From positions 43,546-107,545 of the IMG/VR virus record IMGVR_UViG_3300036770_001413: a stretch of DNA of 64,000 bases; one strand, 5' to 3'. The translations under genes were made by a program, and so were the position numbers. Of the stretch, positions 40,438-48,843 are shown one piece after another; position 1 is the first letter of the stretch; every line of letters begins with the position of its first letter. The notes beneath the pieces were generated by a model. That model was not told the origin of the DNA. It was given only the letters and a program-made list of their open reading frames with translations, and searched no databases. Source of the stretch: a virus.

Positions 40438-41157
40438 ATGAAATTGAAACGCTCTAACGATAGGAAGGTTGCTAATGCCGTATCAAAAAATGGAAAGACC
40501 CCAACAATTGCCAACACTTTTGGATTGCCTGCTGGAAAAGATTACTCCTGCCCTGGTGCCACTAGTATTTGTGAAAGTGTTTGCTATGCAGGAAAACTTG
40601 AAAAAGTCTATAAGGGAGTAAAGGCTGTGCTCCTACACAATTGGGAGCTCCTACGCAATGCAGATGAGCCTACTATGGTTGACTTAATTGAGGATATGAT
40701 TGCAGACTTTAGAAAAGATTGCGATAAGCGCAATGCAGAAAAGTTATTCCGTATTCACTGGGACGGCGATTTCTTTAGCGATACCTATGCACGGGCGTGG
40801 CAATATGTAATTACGCAAAATGCCGATATTCAATTTTGGGTTTATACTCGTGTAAAGTCTGCAGCCCTTATTCTTAAAGATATTTCTAATCTATCACTTT
40901 ACTATTCTACCGATGATGAGAATAAAGAAATTGGGCACGAATTAAAGCGTGAGAATGGTATTCGATTGGCTTATCTCGGAAAGACTTTTGCAGTCACCGA
41001 AAATGTAATGAAAGAGTTAACTGGTAAGCCTGGTGCTAAATGCCCTGAAAATGCTAAGAAAATTCCACTTATCTCTACTAATGGTTCCGCCTGCGTATCG
41101 TGTGGTCTGTGTGTTTATGGTAAAGCAGACATAAGATTTTCTGCGAGTAAAAAATGA
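40438..41157 (+). CDS. Gp88-like (radical-SAM-like Fe-S) phage protein
   Basis: SCPGATSICESVCYAG, FRIHWDGDFF, FWVYTR, C-terminal CP...CVSCGLC; leaderless start 7 nt after TAGAAT. Confidence 0.7.
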   Translation: MKLKRSNDRKVANAVSKNGKTPTIANTFGLPAGKDYSCPGATSICESVCYAGKLEKVYKGVKAVLLHNWELLRNADEPTMVDLIEDMIADFRKDCDKRNAEKLFRIHWDGDFFSDTYARAWQYVITQNADIQFWVYTRVKSAALILKDISNLSLYYSTDDENKEIGHELKRENGIRLAYLGKTFAVTENVMKELTGKPGAKCPENAKKIPLISTNGSACVSCGLCVYGKADIRFSASKK

Positions 41158-41453
41158 TGAATGCGCCATATGCAATACACGAATTGCAGCAATTAATTTG
41201 GGAGGATTCTATGGACCACTTGGCCGAATGCACGTGTAGTCTCTGTATAACACTGGATGTAATTAATGAATATGTCGGGGGCCCCGCTTGATCCCCCGCC
41301 CGCAAATGTGTGGGGGCCCAAGCATAGTTACGAGTCAAGTTAAAAACGCCCTGGATTTTGTGATTTTTATCACAAAAAATAATTAGACCTAATCTGATAA
41401 ATGTCGGTGGACTACGCTATAATTGCGACTTAACCAAACGAAAGGAAATACAA

Positions 41454-41714
41454 ATGGAAACTGCAATTGATACAACTAATTGGGTTAAATACCCTTTTAC
41501 TGTTGATGGAATTGACTTTGTGTCTTTAATAGACCCTAAAGGAAGTTTTTACCCACAACTAGAGGCTATGCCTACTCAACTGCTTAATGCTCTTAATGAG
41601 AGCGCAATTAGAGAGTTTATTGGCTCACCCGCCAATTTTTCTTTAGATGAATTACAAGGGGAATTAGATGAAATTAACCTTGGCTATTCGCAGGCTCTAA
41701 TTACCTTAGCCTAA
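41454..41714 (+). CDS. hypothetical acidic early protein
   Basis: promoter 41402, RBS 41437. Confidence 0.65.
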   Translation: METAIDTTNWVKYPFTVDGIDFVSLIDPKGSFYPQLEAMPTQLLNALNESAIREFIGSPANFSLDELQGELDEINLGYSQALITLA

Positions 41715-41769
41715 AAATGTCGGTGGGTAGGTGTATAATCTACCCACTAACAACAACGAAAGGAAACAA

Positions 41770-42042
41770 ATGTTATCAACCGCAACTGCCTTAATTAAGG
41801 CAACCGAGGAAGCAATTTTTGATGAGGAGTGTATGTCTTTTGCTCAACAATTCTGCCACCATAAAGATGAATTAACCCCTGAATACTTTGCTAAGTCTAT
41901 TTATCTTTATTCAACTATGATAGCAAGTCTAGCAATAGATAAGGCTATGAAAGTTTTATTAACTCAGGAGCAAGTAGAGGAATTATGCTCTGCTATTGCT
42001 GAATTAGAACAAATGGAAAATGAGGTGCTAAATGGGAAGTAA
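41770..42042 (+). CDS. hypothetical early protein (start moved to 41770)
   Basis: promoter 41718, RBS 41755. Confidence 0.65.
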   Translation: MLSTATALIKATEEAIFDEECMSFAQQFCHHKDELTPEYFAKSIYLYSTMIASLAIDKAMKVLLTQEQVEELCSAIAELEQMENEVLNGK

Positions 42043-42298
42043 TTTTGCTCATGACTTAGCTGATTATGACTTAGGATTAGACTTATCTACCGCTATCAAG
42101 ATACACCTAACTTCTAATCACTACCCGCCAATTCCCGTTGAAATGGTAGAGCCGTGTATAGATGCTATTGACGCATACCATAATGGCGATACGGATCAAG
42201 AAATACAAATGCCAAAAGACATAACCTATAAAGGCAGAAATACCGCCCCCGCTTGGGCTATCATAGAGCAACACCACCTAGAGGCTTGGTGCGAATAA
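42032..42298 (+). CDS. hypothetical protein
   Basis: HL.SNHYPP.P...CIDAI...HHL..W motif. Confidence 0.6.
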   Translation: MGSNFAHDLADYDLGLDLSTAIKIHLTSNHYPPIPVEMVEPCIDAIDAYHNGDTDQEIQMPKDITYKGRNTAPAWAIIEQHHLEAWCE

Positions 42299-42350
42299 AT
42301 GTCGGTGGGCTATGATAGGATAGCCTTCCAAACTAACGAAAGGAAAACAA

Positions 42351-42506
42351 ATGGGAACAACCCTAGAAATCGGACAGACCTTCACGACAGAAAAATCTGG
42401 CGTAGTAGGAACAATTAAAGCAGTAGATAACCACCCTTCAGGCGTGGCTCGTATTCTGCTTGATGTAAATGGCAAAGAACGCTGGACTAGCGTATCTGCT
42501 AAGTAA
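42351..42506 (+). CDS. 51-aa small beta protein (not in ORF track)
   Basis: promoter 42300, RBS 42335; MGTTLEIGQTFTTEKSGVVGTIKAV...RWTSV. Confidence 0.65.
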   Translation: MGTTLEIGQTFTTEKSGVVGTIKAVDNHPSGVARILLDVNGKERWTSVSAK

Positions 42507-42578
42507 TCAAATGGCAGGGCTCACAATGTCGGTGGGCTCTGCTACAATTCTCGCTCAACAACTAACGAAAGGAAAATA

Positions 42579-43001
42579 ATGGCTAGAAACGGAAAATCTA
42601 TTCAAGTCAAGATTGCTACAACTAAAGTAATCAAGGCACTTGAAACTAAATTGGCAGACCTGAAAAAAACTCAGGCTACCCAAAAAACCAATGAGGAGAA
42701 ATACTCAAAGGCGCAAGAGAAATGGGCTAAGGAAGTTGCTAAACTTGCTCTCGCTCAAATCGCAAAGGCAGAAAACCTACGAGCAAATGTTCGCTACAAT
42801 GGCGAAATAAATGTAGATTTTGATTTACCTAAAGGCTCTATTGAATTACCAAAAGAACCTGAAAAGGATTTTGAAACCTATAACGATTGGCAGTATCGGG
42901 AAATGTTTGAGGAGATAGAGAACGCTATCCGTATTCTCAAGATGACCGATGAGGAAGTAGTAAATACTTCTACCTATAACGCTATCGCTCGTTATCTCTA
43001 A
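42579..43001 (+). CDS. hypothetical early protein
   Basis: promoter 42527, RBS 42564; followed by hairpin GGGGGCTAGA/TCTAGCCCCC. Confidence 0.65.
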   Translation: MARNGKSIQVKIATTKVIKALETKLADLKKTQATQKTNEEKYSKAQEKWAKEVAKLALAQIAKAENLRANVRYNGEINVDFDLPKGSIELPKEPEKDFETYNDWQYREMFEEIENAIRILKMTDEEVVNTSTYNAIARYL

Positions 43002-43070
43002 TAGTATGGGGGCTAGACAAAATCTAGCCCCCTATGCTAAAATACTTATCCCTACTAACAAAGGAAAGAA

Positions 43071-43280
43071 ATGCTAGATGTAGAAATCTACGAAATGGAT
43101 TATTCAGTATCCCCTGGCGGTGTGAATTGCTGGGAAATGACTATTGGTAATAAATGCTATTCAGACTTCAAAACTGCTGGACAGGCTTTAGACCACTTGC
43201 TAATTATGTATCCTGACTCAGGATTTAATTTAAGTGTTGTATCACTTGCTAATTATTTCAAGGAGGATACTTATGTATAA
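43071..43280 (+). CDS. hypothetical protein
   Basis: AAAGGA RBS; sigmaA-like TAGACA-N17-TAAAAT promoter. Confidence 0.55.
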   Translation: MLDVEIYEMDYSVSPGGVNCWEMTIGNKCYSDFKTAGQALDHLLIMYPDSGFNLSVVSLANYFKEDTYV

Positions 43281-43530
43281 TCGCTATCGTGTAGAAATAT
43301 ATGACGAAAACAAATTAAATGATTTAACTCTATACTTTTCTGACGGAGTAAATAGAGAACACTTATCGGAATTAGTTTTTGCTAATATCCGCAGATTTCA
43401 AGGCAAGGTTAAAGCCTATGTCTTTGATAAGAAAAAGAAAGAAAAAGTTCTTGCTATCTTTTATCCAGAAGAAATAGTTAAGAAATATAATAACAATAGA
43501 CTAACTAAAGAAGAAATTGGTTTAGTTTAA
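43273..43530 (+). CDS. hypothetical protein (likely start MYNRYRV)
   Basis: AGGAGG RBS inside the previous gene. Confidence 0.5.
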   Translation: MYNRYRVEIYDENKLNDLTLYFSDGVNREHLSELVFANIRRFQGKVKAYVFDKKKKEKVLAIFYPEEIVKKYNNNRLTKEEIGLV

Positions 43531-43535
43531 AAGCT

Positions 43536-43590
43536 TGGGGCGGGTTTGTGTCGTGTAATCATCTAGATCCCCGCCCCATTTCCTTTTTTT
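43536..43590 (+). terminator. intrinsic terminator
   Basis: TGGGGCGGG...CCCGCCCCA followed by a T tract. Confidence 0.6.
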
Positions 43591-43609
43591 GGCCCGCATA
43601 TGTGAGGGG

Positions 43610-43639
43610 TTTTCCACAGGTTTAAGAGAGTTATCCACA
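43610..43639 (+). promoter_or_regulatory. pair of DnaA-box-like 9-mers
   Basis: TTTTCCACA (43610) and TTATCCACA (43631), 21 bp apart. Confidence 0.45.
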
Positions 43640-43749
43640 ATCCCCGAAATTTGTGAGATTGATCACAGATCAAAGATTCCCCTATCTTGTCAAATGTCAG
43701 ACCCACAGTGTATAATAACTAATTCAACTAACTATGAAAGGAAAAAACT

Positions 43750-44757
43750 ATGGCTCATAACCTAGAAACAAATGGCAATGAAGTTGCCTTTGCCCTACGT
43801 GGCACACCTGCTTGGCATAATCTTGCCAATCGCATTTTCTTACAAGATGAAAATGTATCAACTCAAATGATGTTAGATGAGGCTAAACTTTCCAATTGGA
43901 ACGTCCGCCTTTCTCCTGTCGTTGAGCATATCCCTGCTGATTGGAATGATAATTCTAATTCTCAATATGTGATTCGCACGAATCCATTTAATCAAGAAAC
44001 CGATGTTCTCTCTGTTGTCGGTTCTCGCTATCAAGTTGTCCAGAATGAAGATTTATTTGCTTTCGCAGATAATATCCTAGACGGCGATTCTCGTTGCCAA
44101 TGGGAATCTGGCGGTTCAATCAAGAATGGTAAAGTAGTCTTTGGCTCTCTTACTGTTCCACGTGAAATGGTGTTAGACCCACAAGGCGCTAATGATAAGA
44201 CAAAGTTATATCTAATTGTCTTTACATCTCACGATGGCTCTGTTGCTGTTCAGGCAGCGATTACACCTGTTCGTGTTGTATGCCAAAATACTTTGAATCT
44301 TGCTATGCGTAATGCTAAGCAATCATTCAAGATTCGTCATACTCAATCTGCTGACGGCAAGATAGCAATTGCTCGTGAAACTCTTGGTCTTACTCTTGGA
44401 TACTTTGATGAGTTTGAGAAAGAAGTTCAATCTCTATTCGCTTCCGAGATTAACGATAAGCAATTCTATGACATCGTTAAGGCTATTTATCCAAAGCCTG
44501 CCGATGACGCTTCTAAAATTGCTATCACAAAGTGGGATAACAAGATGATAACTCTTGCTGACCTTTACTTTAATTCGCCTACTAATGCGAATATCAAAGG
44601 CACAAAGTGGGGTGCTTTCAATGCGCTAACTGAGCGCCTTGATTATTTCCGCCCTACTCGTGGAAAGTCAGATTCAAAGTGGATTTCCGCTTCAGGGTTT
44701 GACCCAATTATTACCGCCGAGAAGAATAAAATTCTTCAGATTGTAAAATCGGCGTAA
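43750..44757 (+). CDS. DUF932 (TIGR03299-type phage/plasmid) protein
   Basis: MAHNLE...TPAWH.L; V.SRYQVVQNE..F.FAD; SHDGS...TPVRVVCQNTL; GTKWGAFNALTE..D. Confidence 0.82.
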   Translation: MAHNLETNGNEVAFALRGTPAWHNLANRIFLQDENVSTQMMLDEAKLSNWNVRLSPVVEHIPADWNDNSNSQYVIRTNPFNQETDVLSVVGSRYQVVQNEDLFAFADNILDGDSRCQWESGGSIKNGKVVFGSLTVPREMVLDPQGANDKTKLYLIVFTSHDGSVAVQAAITPVRVVCQNTLNLAMRNAKQSFKIRHTQSADGKIAIARETLGLTLGYFDEFEKEVQSLFASEINDKQFYDIVKAIYPKPADDASKIAITKWDNKMITLADLYFNSPTNANIKGTKWGAFNALTERLDYFRPTRGKSDSKWISASGFDPIITAEKNKILQIVKSA

Positions 44758-44925
44758 TCTATAAGGGCCCCGCAAGGGGCCCTGCAATTCCCCCAGGATC
44801 TTGCAGCTAATCGCCCGCAAGCCTGAAATCCAAAAAAGATTGTTACGACAAGGGGACGGAACCCCTGGATTTTGTCAGTCGGGTCCGCTATAATACTCCC
44901 CATGACAACAAACGAAAGGAATACA

Positions 44926-45381
44926 ATGGAACACGTATCAATAGATGCATATAACCCACATGCGTTTATTACTCTCCGTAAAATTAATCCAGAGAGCAAT
45001 GACAGTATGTTTATTATGCACAAAGCAACTGAACTCGAGGAAACTCTAGATAGAATTAAGAATCTAGAAAAACTAGTCGAGATTACTCAGAACCAGATTG
45101 GCCAAGTTCTTGGCAATATGACTGCAGATGGCTGGTATAGTTCGAGCACAGATAAATCAGAGGTATTGTCAGACCTATGTGATATCTTTGACCATGAACC
45201 AAAACAAGAAATCAGAATCACAGGAACTATGACATTCGAACTACGCTACGATTGTCCACTTGACGAAGTCGAAGATTTTGACGCTCGTTATTTTGCACAG
45301 GACAACTTGTCTGTTGACTCATATAACGGCAATGTTATTGTCGAATCATTCGATATCGAAGATGCGGATGTGGATTGGTAA
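44926..45381 (+). CDS. acidic hypothetical protein (start moved to 44926)
   Basis: promoter 44873, RBS 44911. Confidence 0.6.
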   Translation: MEHVSIDAYNPHAFITLRKINPESNDSMFIMHKATELEETLDRIKNLEKLVEITQNQIGQVLGNMTADGWYSSSTDKSEVLSDLCDIFDHEPKQEIRITGTMTFELRYDCPLDEVEDFDARYFAQDNLSVDSYNGNVIVESFDIEDADVDW

Positions 45382-45590
45382 TGTATTATCAATTACAAGC
45401 ACCTGATAGGCTATCTCTTGAGATGGCCTATTGGGAAGCACAAATTGCTGGATTAGACCCAACTTGGATTGGCGGTAATGTCATGGACATTGGCACAGGA
45501 CAAATTGAAAAGGTTTCAGCCTTGATTTCTAAGCATAACTTAGATATACTAGTTGAAACAGATTATCAGCCAACAGGTTACAGGAGGTAG
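45375..45590 (+). CDS. hypothetical protein
   Basis: coupled ORF. Confidence 0.5.
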   Translation: MVMYYQLQAPDRLSLEMAYWEAQIAGLDPTWIGGNVMDIGTGQIEKVSALISKHNLDILVETDYQPTGYRR

Positions 45591-45591
45591 C

Positions 45592-45750
45592 ATGGACTAC
45601 AAAGAAGGCTTTCAAGATGGCGTTCAATTTACTCGTGAGGTAGTTATCGCCAATATTCGTAAATGGGCGGAATCCCATGACGAAGGACATGTATTAGATT
45701 GGGTAGCAGATAGAATAGAATTTGGGACATTAGATAATGACCTCGGATGA
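45592..45750 (+). CDS. hypothetical protein (likely start MDYKEGF)
   Basis: AGGAGG RBS. Confidence 0.5.
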   Translation: MDYKEGFQDGVQFTREVVIANIRKWAESHDEGHVLDWVADRIEFGTLDNDLG

Positions 45751-45952
45751 TATAACTAAACCAATCTATTGTGACCGTTGCCCTACCTCCCGTGCTGCTT
45801 ATTTAGTTAAAATACTAAATGGGGAATTAGCTTTTTGTAACCACCATTACAGAAGGCACAAAGAGGCCCTTGACAAGATGGCCTATGAAATTATAGAATT
45901 AAACCGTAAAGAAAAAACACCTCAACTAGAAAAGGAAGAAATAAATGGGTAA
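45737..45952 (+). CDS. small Zn-binding protein (CDRC...FCNHH)
   Basis: motif. Confidence 0.55.
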   Translation: MTSDDITKPIYCDRCPTSRAAYLVKILNGELAFCNHHYRRHKEALDKMAYEIIELNRKEKTPQLEKEEING

Positions 45953-46352
45953 TAGAGCGAACTTCGTATTCGTAGACGGAGCAGGCGATTCAATCGTGCT
46001 GTATGGGCACTGGGCTGGACATCAAATGCTAGGCAAACTAGCGGACGCTGTCATTGCCGCCAGGCCTCGATGGAACGATGAATCATATGCAACACGTATC
46101 GCAATCAGTCAACTAATTGGAGACCAATGGAACATGGAAACTGGATGGGGTCTGCAGATTAATTCAATTAGCGATAATGAGCATAAGATTGCCGTCATCA
46201 ATTGGAAAGAGCGGACGTTCAGTCTTCACGCAGAGGACGACCATCGCAACTTAGACAACAAGGTTCTAGGAATGAAGAACGAGGCTATATTCACTATGGA
46301 CCTCGAAGCATTCTGTGAGAAATACGCATTGGATGGATTGTTAGCCGTTTAA
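45945..46352 (+). CDS. hypothetical protein of the MG.RA...Y.HW.G phage type
   Basis: MGNRANF...VLYGHWAG. Confidence 0.6.
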   Translation: MGNRANFVFVDGAGDSIVLYGHWAGHQMLGKLADAVIAARPRWNDESYATRIAISQLIGDQWNMETGWGLQINSISDNEHKIAVINWKERTFSLHAEDDHRNLDNKVLGMKNEAIFTMDLEAFCEKYALDGLLAV

Positions 46353-46370
46353 ATATGGTATAATAATTAT

Positions 46371-46505
46371 CCATGGCAAGGTGCCGCTATTAGCGATATC
46401 CGCAAGTGGCTAAGTAATGCAGCTTTTACTTAATTCCTTTCGTTGCAGCTAGCAGCCTTGTTTGTTTATTGATCTAGATCCCCCAGAAATGGGGGATTTA
46501 TTTTT
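46371..46505 (+). ncRNA. candidate anti-RBS small RNA
   Basis: TGG-TATAAT at 46356-46364; closing stem GGCAAGG/CCTTGTT; hairpins CGCTA-T-TAGCG and TAAGTAA/TTACTTA; ATTCCTTTCGTTG at 46433-46445; terminator GATCCCCCA-GAAA-TGGGGGATT plus T-rich tail. Confidence 0.6.
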
Positions 46506-46636
46506 GCCCGCAGAACCTGAGAGTAAAATTAGCTCTTTACGTAATCTAATGTATTTTTCCCAGAATTGGGGTATATTGCCAAATGTCAGTGGGGTAATAT
46601 ATAATTGGACCATTCAACCAACGAAAGGAATATACT

Positions 46637-47404
46637 ATGCCTAACTGGGTATATAATGGTCTTACAATTGAAGGCAATCCTGAATTAGTAAATGACCTTG
46701 TAAAACAACTTAATAAGCCATTTGTCATGTTACATGATAATTGGAATCCTACATCTGGAAAAATGGAAGTAGTTCAAACTACATATCCTAATCCTATATT
46801 TGCATTCTATAATATCTATAATCATAGACAAGCAGGTATATCTGATAAGGACTATCTTGCACAACCGCCACGAGATATGCCCATTGAAGAACAAATGCTA
46901 TTTCAGACAAATGATTGGTATTCATTTAATGTTCGTGAATGGGGCACAAAGTGGGATGTTGCTGTATCTGAAAATAAAGAATATGCAGATACATATATAG
47001 AGGGTCCTACTGAGAATGGAGAGAATCTAGTAGTTTATTATAATTTTAATACTGCATGGTCTCCGCCTATGCCTGCCATTTCTAAACTATCTGCACAATA
47101 TCCTAGTTTATTGTTTACTATGTCCTATGAGGAAGAAACAGGTTGGGGTGGGGAATGCGAGTTCCTCCGTGGAGAAATGATTTCTGAATCTGATTATAGT
47201 AATAAATGCCGTGATTGTGAATCAGAAAATACATTAGATTATTGTGAGAATGATTGTGGCGAGATATGTTCATCTTGTAATTGGATGGGTGAGGCTGATT
47301 TAGAGGCGGTAGCAGAATGTCAGACCCATAAGATATACTTGGATTCCGAGCATGTCCCTGATTATAGAAAGGAAGCACTAGAAAATGCAACACGGAGCAT
47401 TTGA
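46637..47404 (+). CDS. DUF1281/YubB ferredoxin-like protein with C-terminal Cys cluster
   Basis: MPNWVYNGLTIEG, WYSFNVREWGTKWDV, FNTAWSPP, YEEETG. Confidence 0.78.
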   Translation: MPNWVYNGLTIEGNPELVNDLVKQLNKPFVMLHDNWNPTSGKMEVVQTTYPNPIFAFYNIYNHRQAGISDKDYLAQPPRDMPIEEQMLFQTNDWYSFNVREWGTKWDVAVSENKEYADTYIEGPTENGENLVVYYNFNTAWSPPMPAISKLSAQYPSLLFTMSYEEETGWGGECEFLRGEMISESDYSNKCRDCESENTLDYCENDCGEICSSCNWMGEADLEAVAECQTHKIYLDSEHVPDYRKEALENATRSI

Positions 47405-47612
47405 TGATGTCGATTTAATGGTAAAAGACGCAATATTCTCAGATATTGCTGACCAATTACTAGAAGACTGGATTAATAACTTATTAGATGAGGGTCAATA
47501 TTTTGCAGATTTGCAAGTTGCCTCTATGTCTGGTGACCCATTTTTACAGGATAAATTTAATAAGTTCTATAATTTAACTCCTGAACACAATGATTACTTT
47601 GAGGTGGAATAA
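47385..47612 (+). CDS. acidic hypothetical protein
   Basis: GAAAGGA RBS. Confidence 0.5.
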   Translation: MQHGAFDDVDLMVKDAIFSDIADQLLEDWINNLLDEGQYFADLQVASMSGDPFLQDKFNKFYNLTPEHNDYFEVE

Positions 47613-47830
47613 TGGAATCTGAATATATTAATAGGAAGACACAGTTAACTACTTATCTTCAATTACATATAATGTCTTTGAATGAGGACTTAGTTCAGAT
47701 ATCTAAGCATATGGATTCCTTGGACCCCGCCTCAAAAGATTATGCTGAATTAGATATTGAGCATACCTATACAAGCGGCCAAGTTTCTGCTACAATGCAC
47801 ATCCTTGAATATGTAGAGGAGATAATGTGA
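47612..47830 (+). CDS. hypothetical protein
   Basis: TAATG coupling. Confidence 0.55.
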   Translation: MESEYINRKTQLTTYLQLHIMSLNEDLVQISKHMDSLDPASKDYAELDIEHTYTSGQVSATMHILEYVEEIM

Positions 47831-48099
47831 ACACATTAGAACTGGAACCACACCTGCAGAAGCAGGTTGACGCTGGGTCCTCTGGGACTGATATCTTGCA
47901 CGGGCATTTAAAGGTGCTCATGTTGGACGCAGAGCGTGAATTGGAGGAAGCACAACGCATAGAGGATGAAACAGAAGAAGCAATGGATTCCATGGAGCGG
48001 AAGTATTGGGAAGGCCAATTAGACGCTCTTACATATGTCTACCAAATGACATATGCATTAGCATTTGCAATCGATGAAAGGACAAAGAAGAATGGATAG
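47827..48099 (+). CDS. hypothetical protein
   Basis: DSMERKYWEGQLDAL helical motif. Confidence 0.55.
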   Translation: MNTLELEPHLQKQVDAGSSGTDILHGHLKVLMLDAERELEEAQRIEDETEEAMDSMERKYWEGQLDALTYVYQMTYALAFAIDERTKKNG

Positions 48100-48496
48100 A
48101 GTTCATATAGAATCATTAGATGTGCTCAAAGCAAAAGAGCAATTAGATCTACAGGAGGCAACACGTAGAGATGATGTTTATAATCAACTAAATGAGATTA
48201 TAGATAAATTAGAGAAGATTCCTGTCTTCCCGTCATTAATGTGGGTATGGTCCTTTGACGTTATCAGAGAGATATTTGAGAACTATCAGATGAAGGACCT
48301 TGCTGTAAATGATTATGTTGATGAGGCTGTGCCTGAAGGCATAACATTAAAACAAATCTTTGATAAGTTCTGGGATGATGTAGACGGGTTCGGTCTTAGC
48401 ATGGATTCGGGCGGGGACATCATAGAAGAGACAATCAGAGATTGGATGAGAGATAACAATTTCCTAGTATCCCTGGAGGAGGAGTCAGATGAATAA
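48092..48496 (+). CDS. acidic hypothetical protein (likely start MDRVHIE)
   Basis: GAAAGGA upstream. Confidence 0.5.
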   Translation: MDRVHIESLDVLKAKEQLDLQEATRRDDVYNQLNEIIDKLEKIPVFPSLMWVWSFDVIREIFENYQMKDLAVNDYVDEAVPEGITLKQIFDKFWDDVDGFGLSMDSGGDIIEETIRDWMRDNNFLVSLEEESDE

Positions 48497-48740
48497 ATAT
48501 AAAGTATTTGGAGATAAGGTAGTTGACTACTATATTAATGTAGAAGCAACTTCTGCGGAGGAGGCATGGGACATTGCCTCCAATGCAGCAACGACTGATT
48601 GGATCCAAATGGAAACAGATAACACCATTCAGGTTCATTTTGTAGATAATGAGCTTGAAGAAGATACATCTAATCTATTAGAAGATGGATATCCGAATAT
48701 AAATAACGATATTATCATATCGGACAAATCGGACATTTAG
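48489..48740 (+). CDS. acidic hypothetical protein
   Basis: VEATSAEEAWDIA motif; GGAGGAG RBS. Confidence 0.55.
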   Translation: MNKYKVFGDKVVDYYINVEATSAEEAWDIASNAATTDWIQMETDNTIQVHFVDNELEEDTSNLLEDGYPNINNDIIISDKSDI

Positions 48741-48843
48741 TACTAAGCTGTGTGCAACGGGCACAAAGCTACGGTTACGGGGTATTTACAAATTCCCTGG
48801 AATCTGATAAAATATAACACTATCATAGAAAGGATAGACAACA

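Larger units (their letters stand above)
37724..43667. promoter_or_regulatory. eight CRP/GlxR-type palindromes TGTGA-N6-TCACA
   Basis: perfect at 37724, 38861, 38996, 41359, 43652; one mismatch at 37749, 38147, 40195. Confidence 0.75.
37800..46605 (+). promoter_or_regulatory. fourteen RecA-NDp/PafBC-type promoters TGTCRG-N10-TAnnnT
   Basis: 22-bp elements starting at 37800, 38191, 39060, 39321, 39461, 40232, 40409, 41402, 41718, 42300, 42527, 43695, 44873, 46584; each precedes a gene start. Confidence 0.85.

Noticed and set aside
41273-41294. Fifteenth PafBC-type promoter (TGTCGG)
   Set aside because: No TAnnnT at N10 (reads TGATCC); the bases belong to a GC hairpin.
37800-46605. TGTCRG as an ordinary sigmaA -35 (TTGTCA-like)
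   Set aside because: Only 11 nt separate the hexamer from the -10, incompatible with a 16-18 nt spacer.
37800-46640. CRISPR array or integron attC cassette array
   Set aside because: The repeats are short, irregularly spaced promoter/RBS motifs; there are no constant repeat-spacer units, attC-type palindromes, cas genes or integrase.
36486-46728. ORF-track calls 36486-36668, 36502-36687, 46462-46644 and 46546-46728
   Set aside because: They overlie structured RNA, terminator and promoter DNA and have no RBS; likely spurious.
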